From Thermoplasmatota archaeon (lineage in GTDB: Archaea; Thermoplasmatota; E2; DHVEG-1), in the NCBI GenBank assembly GCA_030612095.1, contig JAUWOO010000003.1:1-35854 (forward strand): 35,854 bases of DNA, given 5' to 3'. Shown here one piece after another: positions 27,576-35,854 of the stretch (position 1 is its first letter; each line of letters starts with the position of its first letter). The notes under the pieces are model-generated. The model searched no databases, was not told where the DNA came from, and saw only the letters and a program-made list of their open reading frames with translations. The position numbers and the translations under genes are program-made.

Positions 27576-29525
27576 ATGGGAATGGCAATAACGGAAAAAA
27601 TACTTTCTAAACATGTAACAGAAGGCAAGCCAAAAAAGGGAAGTGAGGTAGGAATAAAAATTGATCAGACCCTTACTCAAGACGCAACAGGTACTATGGC
27701 ATACCTACAATTTGAGGCAATGGGTATTTCTAAGGTCAAAACTGAACTCTCAGTAAGCTATGTTGATCACAACACAGTTCAGATTGGTTTTGAGAACGCT
27801 GATGATCATAAATACCTTCAATCTGTCGCTGAAAAATATGGAATCGTTTACTCAAGAGCAGGTAATGGAATTTGTCATCAAGTACATCTAGAAAGATTTG
27901 GCAAACCTGGAAAGACACTACTTGGGTCTGATTCCCATACACCAACCGGTGGTGGAATAGGGATGATTGCTATTGGCGCGGGCGGTCTTGATGTCGCTGT
28001 GGCAATGGCAGGAGGGGCTTTCTACCTAACATATCCTAAAGTTATAAAGATTAACCTTACAGGAAAACTCAGACCATGGGTAGCAGCAAAAGACATCATT
28101 CTCAAGATTTTAGATATATTTACAACAAAGGGAAACGTCGGTTGCGTTTTTGAATATGGTGGCGAAGGAGTGAAAACCCTCTCAGTTCCCGAAAGAGCAA
28201 CAATAACTAATATGGGAGCAGAATGTGGAGTAACCACATCTGTGTTTCCAAGTGATGAGATAACCAAAGAATTTCTAAAAGCACAAGGTAGAGAAAAGGA
28301 CTGGATTGAACTCAAAGCAGATGATGATGCAGAATATGATAAAGTAGTAGACATCAATCTAAGTGAACTAGAACCACTTGCAGCAACGCCCCATAGTCCA
28401 GGCAACATAAAAACAGTAAGAGAACTAGAAGGAATGGACGTCGATCAAGTCTGTCTCGGAAGTTGTACAAACTCATCATACAAAGATTTGATGACCGTTG
28501 CCCACATTCTAAAGGGCAAGAAAAACAATACAAACGTTAGCTTTGTTGTTGCACCAGGATCAAAACAAGTATTGGAGAATATAATTAAAGATGGGGGATT
28601 TACAGACATTGTTTCTTCAGGTGCAAGAATTGCAGAGTCGGCCTGTGGTTTCTGCATAGGAAACAGTCAATCACCAAAAACAGATGCAGTGTCACTTAGA
28701 ACAAGTAACAGAAATTTCTTAAGTCGCTCGGGAACAAAAAGCGCACAGATCTATCTTGTAAGTCCCGAAACTGCTGCCGCAGCAGTAATAACCGGTAAAT
28801 TTACTGATCCAAGAGATCTTGAAAAAATTGGCATAAAATATCCATCCATCGATATGCCCGCTCAGTTTTACTTAGATGACAGCATGTTCATTTTCCCAAA
28901 GGAAAATTCAGGTAAAGTCAAGATATACCGGGGACCAAACATCGGTGATCCACCAGCAAGTGATCCAATCCCAGATACAATAGCTGGAGAAGTAACAATC
29001 AAAGTAGAAGACAAGATCACCACAGACCACATTATTCCCGCTGGAAGTAAGATGAAGTATAGATCAAACGTTCCAAAATATTCAGAATTTTTATTTGAAG
29101 TTGTCGATCCAACGTTTCATGACCGTGCTGAAAAAATACGCGACAGTGGAAAACACAACATAATTGTTGCTGGACTAAGTTACGGCCAAGGTTCCTCAAG
29201 AGAACACGCAGCATTGTGTCCAATGTACATGGGAGTAAAAGCAGTAATTGCAAAATCTCTTGAGAGAATTCATAAAGCCAATCTCATAAATTTTGGTATA
29301 ATTCCACTAACATTCAAAAACGAAAAAGATTACGATAGTATTGATCAAGCAGATGAACTAGAAATAACAAATATAAAAGAGATTCTTGAAGCAGGAAAAA
29401 CAGTAGTTGTAAGGAATAAGACTAAAGGATTAGAATTCAAGGTTGATTATGACCTTTCCGACAGGCAAAAAATGATTTTGCTTGCGGGAGGGACACTTGC
29501 TTACATGAAAAAGCAGGCAAAATGA
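27576..29525 (+). CDS. Aconitate hydratase
   Basis: QDATG, DHN, GICHQ, GSDSHT, GSCTNS, CGFCIG, NRNF, TTDHI, GSSREHAA. Start trimmed to 27576. Confidence 0.95.
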   Translation: MGMAITEKILSKHVTEGKPKKGSEVGIKIDQTLTQDATGTMAYLQFEAMGISKVKTELSVSYVDHNTVQIGFENADDHKYLQSVAEKYGIVYSRAGNGICHQVHLERFGKPGKTLLGSDSHTPTGGGIGMIAIGAGGLDVAVAMAGGAFYLTYPKVIKINLTGKLRPWVAAKDIILKILDIFTTKGNVGCVFEYGGEGVKTLSVPERATITNMGAECGVTTSVFPSDEITKEFLKAQGREKDWIELKADDDAEYDKVVDINLSELEPLAATPHSPGNIKTVRELEGMDVDQVCLGSCTNSSYKDLMTVAHILKGKKNNTNVSFVVAPGSKQVLENIIKDGGFTDIVSSGARIAESACGFCIGNSQSPKTDAVSLRTSNRNFLSRSGTKSAQIYLVSPETAAAAVITGKFTDPRDLEKIGIKYPSIDMPAQFYLDDSMFIFPKENSGKVKIYRGPNIGDPPASDPIPDTIAGEVTIKVEDKITTDHIIPAGSKMKYRSNVPKYSEFLFEVVDPTFHDRAEKIRDSGKHNIIVAGLSYGQGSSREHAALCPMYMGVKAVIAKSLERIHKANLINFGIIPLTFKNEKDYDSIDQADELEITNIKEILEAGKTVVVRNKTKGLEFKVDYDLSDRQKMILLAGGTLAYMKKQAK

Positions 29526-29545
29526 AAAATGGGAGAATGTAAAGT

Positions 29546-30823
29546 ATGGCACAAAGAGGAGTAAGAGAATTTGACGCTAAAAAAATGCTAGCCACCTACT
29601 GGTCAGAGTATGTGAGCAAAGAGTTCAGTTACCCTGGAAAAGTTGCTCTTGTTGGACCAGAAACTAATATGGATAAACTAGCAAAAGAGGAGCCCTGGCT
29701 AAAAAAGGAAAAACTCGTAATAAAGCCGGATCAACTATTTGGAAAAAGAGGGAAGCACGGCCTAATCAAACTCAATGCATCTTTTGATGAAGCGAAGAAA
29801 TGGATAAAAGAACGCATAAACAAAGACACAAAGGTTGGAAAGGTAACGGGAACGCTTACACATTTTATTATTGAACCATTCACACCCCATGAAGGAGAAT
29901 ATTACATAGCAATCAAAAGCAATCGGGCTGGTGACACCATCTATTTCTCAAATCACGGTGGAGTTGACATAGAGTCGGTCTGGGATACCGTAGCAGAAAT
30001 ACCTGTTGGAATCACTGACGATATTGACAAGATAGATATTGAATCAAAACTGCCAAAAGACACACCAAAAGAAAGTAAAAAAATCATTACAGATTTCATA
30101 CGTGGACTTTTTAGATTTTACGCAGATCTTGGCTATGCATACCTGGAAATTAACCCATTTGCAATAACAGACAACAAAATTGTTCCATTAGATCTTGTAG
30201 CAAGAATTGATGACACTGCGTACTTTGAATGTCAATCTAAATGGGGAGATCTTACGTTTCCAGCACCGTTTGGTAGAAAACTCTCCAAAGAGGAATACTA
30301 TATCAAAGAACTAGATGAAAAAACCGGTGCATCACTTAAGCTCACCCTCCTCAACCCAAAAGGCAATGTATGGACAATGGTTGCAGGCGGTGGTGCCAGC
30401 GTTATTTATGCTGACACAATTGTTGATTTAGGATACAAAGACGACCTTGCAAATTATGGAGAATACAGTGGGAATCCAAACAGAGATTCGACCTACGAAT
30501 ATGCTAAAACAGTCCTTGATCTTATGACAAGAGAAAAAGCTCCAAAGGGAAAACCTAAGTTCCTTATAATTGGAGGAGGAATTGCAAACTTCACAGATAT
30601 TGCAAAAACATTTGCAGGAATCACTATGGCACTCAAAGATTACAAGAAAAAACTTCAAGAAATCAACGTCAAGATATACGTTAGAAGAGGCGGACCAAAC
30701 TATCAAGAGGGATTAAAGATAATGAAAAAACTCGGTGAAGAACTTGGTGTTCCAATAGAAGTATATGGACCTGAAATGCACATGACAAGAATTGTCCCAA
30801 TGGCTCTAGATGGAGGTAATTAA
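29546..30823 (+). CDS. aclB: ATP-citrate lyase, beta (ATP-grasp/citrate-binding) subunit
   Basis: KPDQLFGKRGK, LEINPF, FPAPFGR, GASLKLT, WTMVAGGGASV, LANYGEYSG, GGGIANFT, RRGGPNYQEGL. Confidence 0.95.
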   Translation: MAQRGVREFDAKKMLATYWSEYVSKEFSYPGKVALVGPETNMDKLAKEEPWLKKEKLVIKPDQLFGKRGKHGLIKLNASFDEAKKWIKERINKDTKVGKVTGTLTHFIIEPFTPHEGEYYIAIKSNRAGDTIYFSNHGGVDIESVWDTVAEIPVGITDDIDKIDIESKLPKDTPKESKKIITDFIRGLFRFYADLGYAYLEINPFAITDNKIVPLDLVARIDDTAYFECQSKWGDLTFPAPFGRKLSKEEYYIKELDEKTGASLKLTLLNPKGNVWTMVAGGGASVIYADTIVDLGYKDDLANYGEYSGNPNRDSTYEYAKTVLDLMTREKAPKGKPKFLIIGGGIANFTDIAKTFAGITMALKDYKKKLQEINVKIYVRRGGPNYQEGLKIMKKLGEELGVPIEVYGPEMHMTRIVPMALDGGN

Positions 30824-30824
30824 A

Positions 30825-32681
30825 ATGAAAGAAAGACCAGAATATGTATTATTCGATAAGGATACAAAGGCCATAGTATTTGGATATCAACAGAATGCAA
30901 TCCAACGTATGCTTGATTTTGATTACATATGCAGAAGAAAAGAGCCGTCTGTTACCTGTATTGTAAATCCCACTAGAGAAGGATATCATAAGTGCTTCTG
31001 GGGAACTAAAGATATAATGATCCCCATGTATAAAACAATTAAAGAGGCTGTAGAAAAACACCCAGATGCGGACGTCATGGTAAACTTTGCTTCCTTTAGA
31101 TCTGCATATCAAACGTCAAAAGAAGCTCTTGAAAGCAAAACTATACGAACAGTAGCAATTATTGCCGAAGGAGTTCCAGAAAGAAGATCAAGAGAATTAA
31201 TCAAGATCGCAAACGAAAAGAAAAAATGGATAATCGGCCCTGCGACAGTTGGAGGTATTGCTGGTGGTGGATTCAGAATAGGAAACACCGCAGGAATGCT
31301 TGACAACATTATTGCCTGTCGTCTTCACAGACCTGGCAGTGTTGCATATGTATCGAAATCAGGCGGCCTATCAAATGAGTTGAATAACATCATTGCTCGT
31401 AACACAGATGGTGTCCGTGAAGGGGTTGCAATTGGCGGTGACCGATATCCTGGATCGACATTCATTGAACATATTGAGAGGTACGAAAAAAATCCCGATA
31501 TCAAAATGATAGTACTATTGGGAGAGGTCGGCGGTGTTGATGAATATGTTGTTGTTGACGCATTAAAATCTGGAAAAATAAAGAAACCTCTCGTTGCATG
31601 GTGTATTGGAACATGTTCAAAGGTATTCCCTGCAGAAGTTCAATTTGGTCATGCAGGCGCAAGGGCTGGAGCTGAAAGAGAAACAGCAGATGTAAAAAAT
31701 AAAGCGCTAAAAGAGGCAGGAGCCGTCGTCCCAGACTCCTTTGAAGATTTTGACAAGAAAATCAAAGAAACTTTTGATAAAGAAGTAAAAGCGGGAAGAA
31801 TAAAACCAATGCCCGATATAGAACCTCCAAAGATACCCCTTGATTATAAGGTTGCTATTCGTGATGGTATTGTAAGAAGACCATCTGAATTCATAAGTAC
31901 AATTTCAGATGATCGCGGCGAAGAACTCATGTACTGTGGCGTTCCAATCAGCAAGATATTCGAGGATGATTATGGACTTGGTGGTGTACTTGGTCTACTT
32001 TGGTTCAAGAAGAAACTTCCGAAATGGAGTACTGATTTCCTTGAGATGGTTGTCCTTCTTACGGCAGATCATGGCCCAGCTGTATCTGGAGCACATAATG
32101 CAATTGTTACTGCAAGGGCAGGAAAAGACTTGATTTCATCACTTGTTAGTGGTCTTCTCACCATTGGACCAAGATTTGGAGGGGCAGTGAAAGGGGCCGC
32201 AGATCATTTCACTTCATATTGTGATGCAGGACATCCACCAGAATTCATGGTAAAGGATATGAAAATCAAAAACATCAACATCCAAGGTATCGGCCATAGA
32301 ATCAAATCGGTCACAAATCCAGACAAACGTGTGGAACTTCTGAAAGACTATGCAAAAAAGAATTTCCCGATGACGCCATATCTGGATTATGCTATTGAAG
32401 TGGAAAAAATAACTACTGCAAAGCGAGGTAATCTCATCCTCAATGTTGATGGGTGTATTGGTATCCTTTGTTGCGATATGTTTAGAAGTATAGGTTACAC
32501 AAAAGAAGAAGTAAAAGAATTTGTCTCACTTGGAACACTTAATGCCCTATTTGTCCTAGGGCGCAGTATTGGATTTATGGGGCATATAATGGATCAGAAG
32601 AGACTTAAAACAGGATTATACAGGCATCCGTGGGATGACATTGCGTATATGATGCCAGATAAACCTGAGAAGGTGAAGTAA
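30825..32681 (+). CDS. aclA: ATP-citrate lyase, alpha subunit (CoA-binding, phospho-His, citryl-CoA lyase domain)
   Basis: QRMLDFD, NFASFRSA, IIGPATVGG, SKSGG.SNEL, QFGHAGA (catalytic His), ADHGPAVSGAHN, GIGHRIKS, LNVDG, YRHPWDDI. Confidence 0.95.
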   Translation: MKERPEYVLFDKDTKAIVFGYQQNAIQRMLDFDYICRRKEPSVTCIVNPTREGYHKCFWGTKDIMIPMYKTIKEAVEKHPDADVMVNFASFRSAYQTSKEALESKTIRTVAIIAEGVPERRSRELIKIANEKKKWIIGPATVGGIAGGGFRIGNTAGMLDNIIACRLHRPGSVAYVSKSGGLSNELNNIIARNTDGVREGVAIGGDRYPGSTFIEHIERYEKNPDIKMIVLLGEVGGVDEYVVVDALKSGKIKKPLVAWCIGTCSKVFPAEVQFGHAGARAGAERETADVKNKALKEAGAVVPDSFEDFDKKIKETFDKEVKAGRIKPMPDIEPPKIPLDYKVAIRDGIVRRPSEFISTISDDRGEELMYCGVPISKIFEDDYGLGGVLGLLWFKKKLPKWSTDFLEMVVLLTADHGPAVSGAHNAIVTARAGKDLISSLVSGLLTIGPRFGGAVKGAADHFTSYCDAGHPPEFMVKDMKIKNINIQGIGHRIKSVTNPDKRVELLKDYAKKNFPMTPYLDYAIEVEKITTAKRGNLILNVDGCIGILCCDMFRSIGYTKEEVKEFVSLGTLNALFVLGRSIGFMGHIMDQKRLKTGLYRHPWDDIAYMMPDKPEKVK

Positions 32682-34913
32682 TTGGATGGAAAAGGAAAGA
32701 TAATTTATACAAAGGTTGATGAAGCGCCAGCTTTAGCAACTTATTCTTTTCTACCTATTATAAAAAGGTTCACAGAAGTTGGAGAGATAACAGTTGAAAC
32801 AAGAGATATTTCACTAGCAGGAAGAATTGTTGCAAAATTTCCTGAAAATCTTGCAAAGGAACAAAGGATATCAGATGATTTAGCAGAACTTGGCGATCTG
32901 GTTAAAAAACCAGAAGCAAATATCATCAAACTACCATGTATCAGCGCATCACTACCTCAATTGAAAGCAGCAATAAAAGAATTACAAGACCATGGCTATA
33001 ATCTTTTAGATTATCCAGAGGATCCAAAAAATGATAAAGAAAAAGAAATAAAAGCCAGATATGACAAGATTAAAGGAAGCGCGGTAAACCCTGTTTTAAG
33101 AGAAGGAAACTCAGATCGAAGAGTCCCCGGACCTGTAAAAAACTATGCAAAACAAAACCCACATCCAATGGGTGAATGGACCGCTGATTCAAAATCACAT
33201 GTTACACATATGAAAAGTAATGATCTTTGTTCAAATGAGAAATCTACAACAATTACAAAAGAAACAGCAGGAGATGCAAAAATTGAGTTTATAGGTCAAG
33301 ATGGAACTACTAAAGTTTTAAAGGAAAAACTTGCACTACTTGATGGTGAAATAATTGATGCAACAGTTATGAACAAAAATGCGCTACGTGCATTTCTTGA
33401 AGAACAAGTCGAAGATGCAAAAAAGAAAGATGTTTTGTTTTCTGTTCATTTGAAAGCTACAATGATGAAAGTATCAGACCCGATTATTTTTGGTCATGTA
33501 GTTTCTGTTTTCTTCAAAGATGTATTTGAAAAACATACATCTGTTTTTAAAGAAATAGGTGTCAACCCTAACAATGGACTAGGTGACCTTTATGCAAAAA
33601 TCAAAACACTTCCGGATGATGAAAGAAAAGAAATCGAATCTGACATACAAGCATGTTATGAAAATAGACCTAAACTTGCGATGGTGAACTCTGATAAGGG
33701 AATAACAAATCTACATGTCCCAAGTGATGTAATAATTGATGCATCACTGCCTGCTGCAATCCGAAACTCTGGTCGAATGTGGGGGGCCGATGGCAAGCTT
33801 CATGATACAAAATTTGTGATACCAGACAGCAGTTATGCTGGGGTGTATAAGGAAGTAATTGAGTTTTGTAAAAAAAATGGAGCATTTGACCCAACAACAA
33901 TGGGAACTGTTCCAAATGTTGGTCTTATGGCACAAAAAGCCGAAGAATATGGATCTCATGATAAGACATTTCAAATCCCCGGTGATGGAAAAGTTCGTGT
34001 AGTTTCAGCATCAGGAGAAATAATGATTGAACACAATGTTGAAGAAGGTGATATCTGGCGTATGTGCCAGGTAAAAAACTTACCTATTCAAGACTGGGTT
34101 AAACTAGCGGTTAACAGAGCAAAAGCAACAGGTTCACCTGCTGTTTTCTGGCTTGATAAAAACCGAGCTCATGATGCACAGTTGATAAATAAAGTTAACC
34201 ACTATCTTAAAGATCATGATACAAAAGATCTCAAAATCCATACAATGACGCCAGTAGAAGCAACACGTTTCTCATGCAAACGTATGAAAGAAGGTAAAGA
34301 CGCCATTTCAGTAACTGGAAACGTACTGCGTGATTATCTAACAGACCTGTTTCCGATTCTTGAAGTTGGAACAAGTGCTAAGATGCTATCAATAGTGCCG
34401 CTCATGAATGGTGGAGGACTTTATGAAACAGGAGCAGGCGGATCAGCACCTAAACATGTTCAACAATTCCGACAAGAAGGTCATCTAAGATGGGATTCAC
34501 TTGGAGAGTTTCTAGCTCTTGCAGTATCATTAGAACATCTAAGTAATACAACCAATAATAAAAAAGCAAAAATACTGGGAGAAACACTTGATCAAGCAAC
34601 CGCTAAATTTTTGATAAACAACAAATCTCCATCTCGAAAGGTTAATGAGTTGGATAACAGGGGAAGTCATTTCTATCTAACATTATACTGGGCACAAGCA
34701 TTAGCTGATCAGACAAAAGATGTAGATCTTCAAAGTCGTTTTGCAAAACTTGCACAAGAACTTGCAGATAACGAAACTAAGATCCTTGATGAGTTGATTG
34801 TAGCACAAGGTAAGTCTGTTGATATTGGTGGTTACTACAAACCAAATGATGAACTAGCGACTGAAATAATGCGTCCAAGCGAAACTTTCAATGCAGCATT
34901 AAAAGCATTGTAA
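32682..34913 (+). CDS. icd: Monomeric NADP-dependent isocitrate dehydrogenase
   Basis: [76 protein letters not shown] start abuts the aclA stop, with an AGGTGA SD. Confidence 0.96.
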   Translation: MDGKGKIIYTKVDEAPALATYSFLPIIKRFTEVGEITVETRDISLAGRIVAKFPENLAKEQRISDDLAELGDLVKKPEANIIKLPCISASLPQLKAAIKELQDHGYNLLDYPEDPKNDKEKEIKARYDKIKGSAVNPVLREGNSDRRVPGPVKNYAKQNPHPMGEWTADSKSHVTHMKSNDLCSNEKSTTITKETAGDAKIEFIGQDGTTKVLKEKLALLDGEIIDATVMNKNALRAFLEEQVEDAKKKDVLFSVHLKATMMKVSDPIIFGHVVSVFFKDVFEKHTSVFKEIGVNPNNGLGDLYAKIKTLPDDERKEIESDIQACYENRPKLAMVNSDKGITNLHVPSDVIIDASLPAAIRNSGRMWGADGKLHDTKFVIPDSSYAGVYKEVIEFCKKNGAFDPTTMGTVPNVGLMAQKAEEYGSHDKTFQIPGDGKVRVVSASGEIMIEHNVEEGDIWRMCQVKNLPIQDWVKLAVNRAKATGSPAVFWLDKNRAHDAQLINKVNHYLKDHDTKDLKIHTMTPVEATRFSCKRMKEGKDAISVTGNVLRDYLTDLFPILEVGTSAKMLSIVPLMNGGGLYETGAGGSAPKHVQQFRQEGHLRWDSLGEFLALAVSLEHLSNTTNNKKAKILGETLDQATAKFLINNKSPSRKVNELDNRGSHFYLTLYWAQALADQTKDVDLQSRFAKLAQELADNETKILDELIVAQGKSVDIGGYYKPNDELATEIMRPSETFNAALKAL

Positions 34914-34986
34914 GATGTCGAATAATTCAGACAGCCGATAAAAAACTAAATATGTAATATAAAACATACAATGGCACTAGTTTAAT

Positions 34987-35304
34987 ATGGAAGAAATCCT
35001 AAAAGATGCTGTAAAAAAGCATAAACTTGGTGCCACTATTAATCTTTTTGTTACACCGGATGCGCGTTCTAATGTTTTTCCAACAGGAGTTGATGAATGG
35101 AGGAAAAGTATAAAAATATCTGTAAAATCACCTGCGCAAGACAATCGTGCAAATGTTGATGTTATAAAAACTGTTTCTGAATATTTTGATGTATCTCATA
35201 TGAATGTATTACTTTTAAATGGTAAGAAAAACCGTGAGAAAACAGTTCTTCTTCAAGGAATGACACCAGGGAAAATTGTTAGTGAAATCCAGGAGAAACT
35301 ATAG
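34987..35304 (+). CDS. DUF167/YggU-family protein
   Basis: V.P.A, I.VKSPAQDNRAN, G.KNREK.V pattern. Confidence 0.85.
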   Translation: MEEILKDAVKKHKLGATINLFVTPDARSNVFPTGVDEWRKSIKISVKSPAQDNRANVDVIKTVSEYFDVSHMNVLLLNGKKNREKTVLLQGMTPGKIVSEIQEKL

Positions 35305-35306
35305 TT

Positions 35307-35699
35307 ATGGATTTTAAAAAATCAATTGAAGATCTTGAAAAAATCATTGATGAGTTAGGGGAGGAAAATAGGTCTATTCCAATTATTGTTGAAGGGAAAA
35401 AAGATATAGAAGCTCTTCGTAAACTTGATATTAATGGAGAAATTATTGGGATTAATTCTGGCCATACTCTTATCGACTTTTGTGATAAGATTGCCCAAGA
35501 GCATACAGATATAATTATCCTTACTGACTGGGATAGAAAAGGAGGTTATCTATGCCGAACAATCAAGAAGAATCTTGAAGGACGGGTTAACTGTAATACA
35601 AAATACAGGGAATTGTTTGCTAAAAATGCAATGATTCGGACTCTTGAAGGTTTACCCTCATGGCTTGAAACGATGAAGGAGAAGCTAAACCTGATTTAA
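35307..35699 (+). CDS. Small Toprim-domain protein (RNase M5/UPF0292-like)
   Basis: IIVEGKKDIEAL and ILTDWDRKG Toprim motifs. Confidence 0.88.
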   Translation: MDFKKSIEDLEKIIDELGEENRSIPIIVEGKKDIEALRKLDINGEIIGINSGHTLIDFCDKIAQEHTDIIILTDWDRKGGYLCRTIKKNLEGRVNCNTKYRELFAKNAMIRTLEGLPSWLETMKEKLNLI

Positions 35700-35806
35700 G
35701 CAGCTAATTTGATAAAACTATGGTTTACCCATTAAATGCAAAAAAAAGTTGCAAAATTGAACATTTTCAGAAACTTTTAAGTTTAAGCACGGAATTAAAC
35801 AATTTA

Positions 35807-35854
35807 ATGAAGAATGAGTTTGGAAGGATAATACTACCAATCGATGGATCTAAA
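35807..35854 (+). CDS. Universal stress protein (UspA family), N-terminus only
   Basis: MKNEFGRIILPIDGSK matches the typical Usp start F.+IL.P.DGS; runs off the window edge. Confidence 0.65.
   Translation, partial: MKNEFGRIILPIDGSK

Noticed and set aside
1079-33974. Numerous 60-170 aa ORFs from the track overlapping larger genes (e.g. 1079-1354, 1379-1597, 7185-7445, 7940-8443, 14814-15137, 28022-28408)
   Set aside because: They are antisense or off-frame shadows of well-supported genes, with no recognisable motifs or start signals.
1-35854. CRISPR arrays, IS elements, integrases, defence systems, rRNA
   Set aside because: No regularly spaced repeats, terminal inverted repeats, or transposase, recombinase or nuclease-defence motifs were seen.

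Overview
AT-rich, gene-dense archaeal chromosomal window. Archaeal-type RNase HII, Taw3, DnaG-like protein, UPF0058, His-type Thi4 and split class I fumarase, plus TATA-like boxes and GGAGG/AGGTGA Shine-Dalgarno sites, indicate an archaeon; an anaerobic Thermoplasmatota lineage is my inference. Most of it is housekeeping and metabolic: about 32 CDS, one intact tRNA-Thr(CGT) and a degenerate 3' portion of tRNA-Glu(CTC). I found no CRISPR array, transposase, integrase or rRNA. The main module is a citrate cluster: aconitase, a two-subunit ATP-citrate lyase and a monomeric isocitrate dehydrogenase, transcribed divergently from a tandem-duplicated Lrp/AsnC-like regulator that is followed by acetyl-CoA synthetase and fumarase. 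Other notable items are a HutH/PAL-family lyase whose MIO tripeptide is Ala-Cys-Gly instead of Ala-Ser-Gly, an unannotated 41-aa CxxC...CxxC microprotein with its own TATA box and SD, the tRNA-Glu relic, and several structured intergenic elements. All calls come from reading motifs by eye; no database searches were run.
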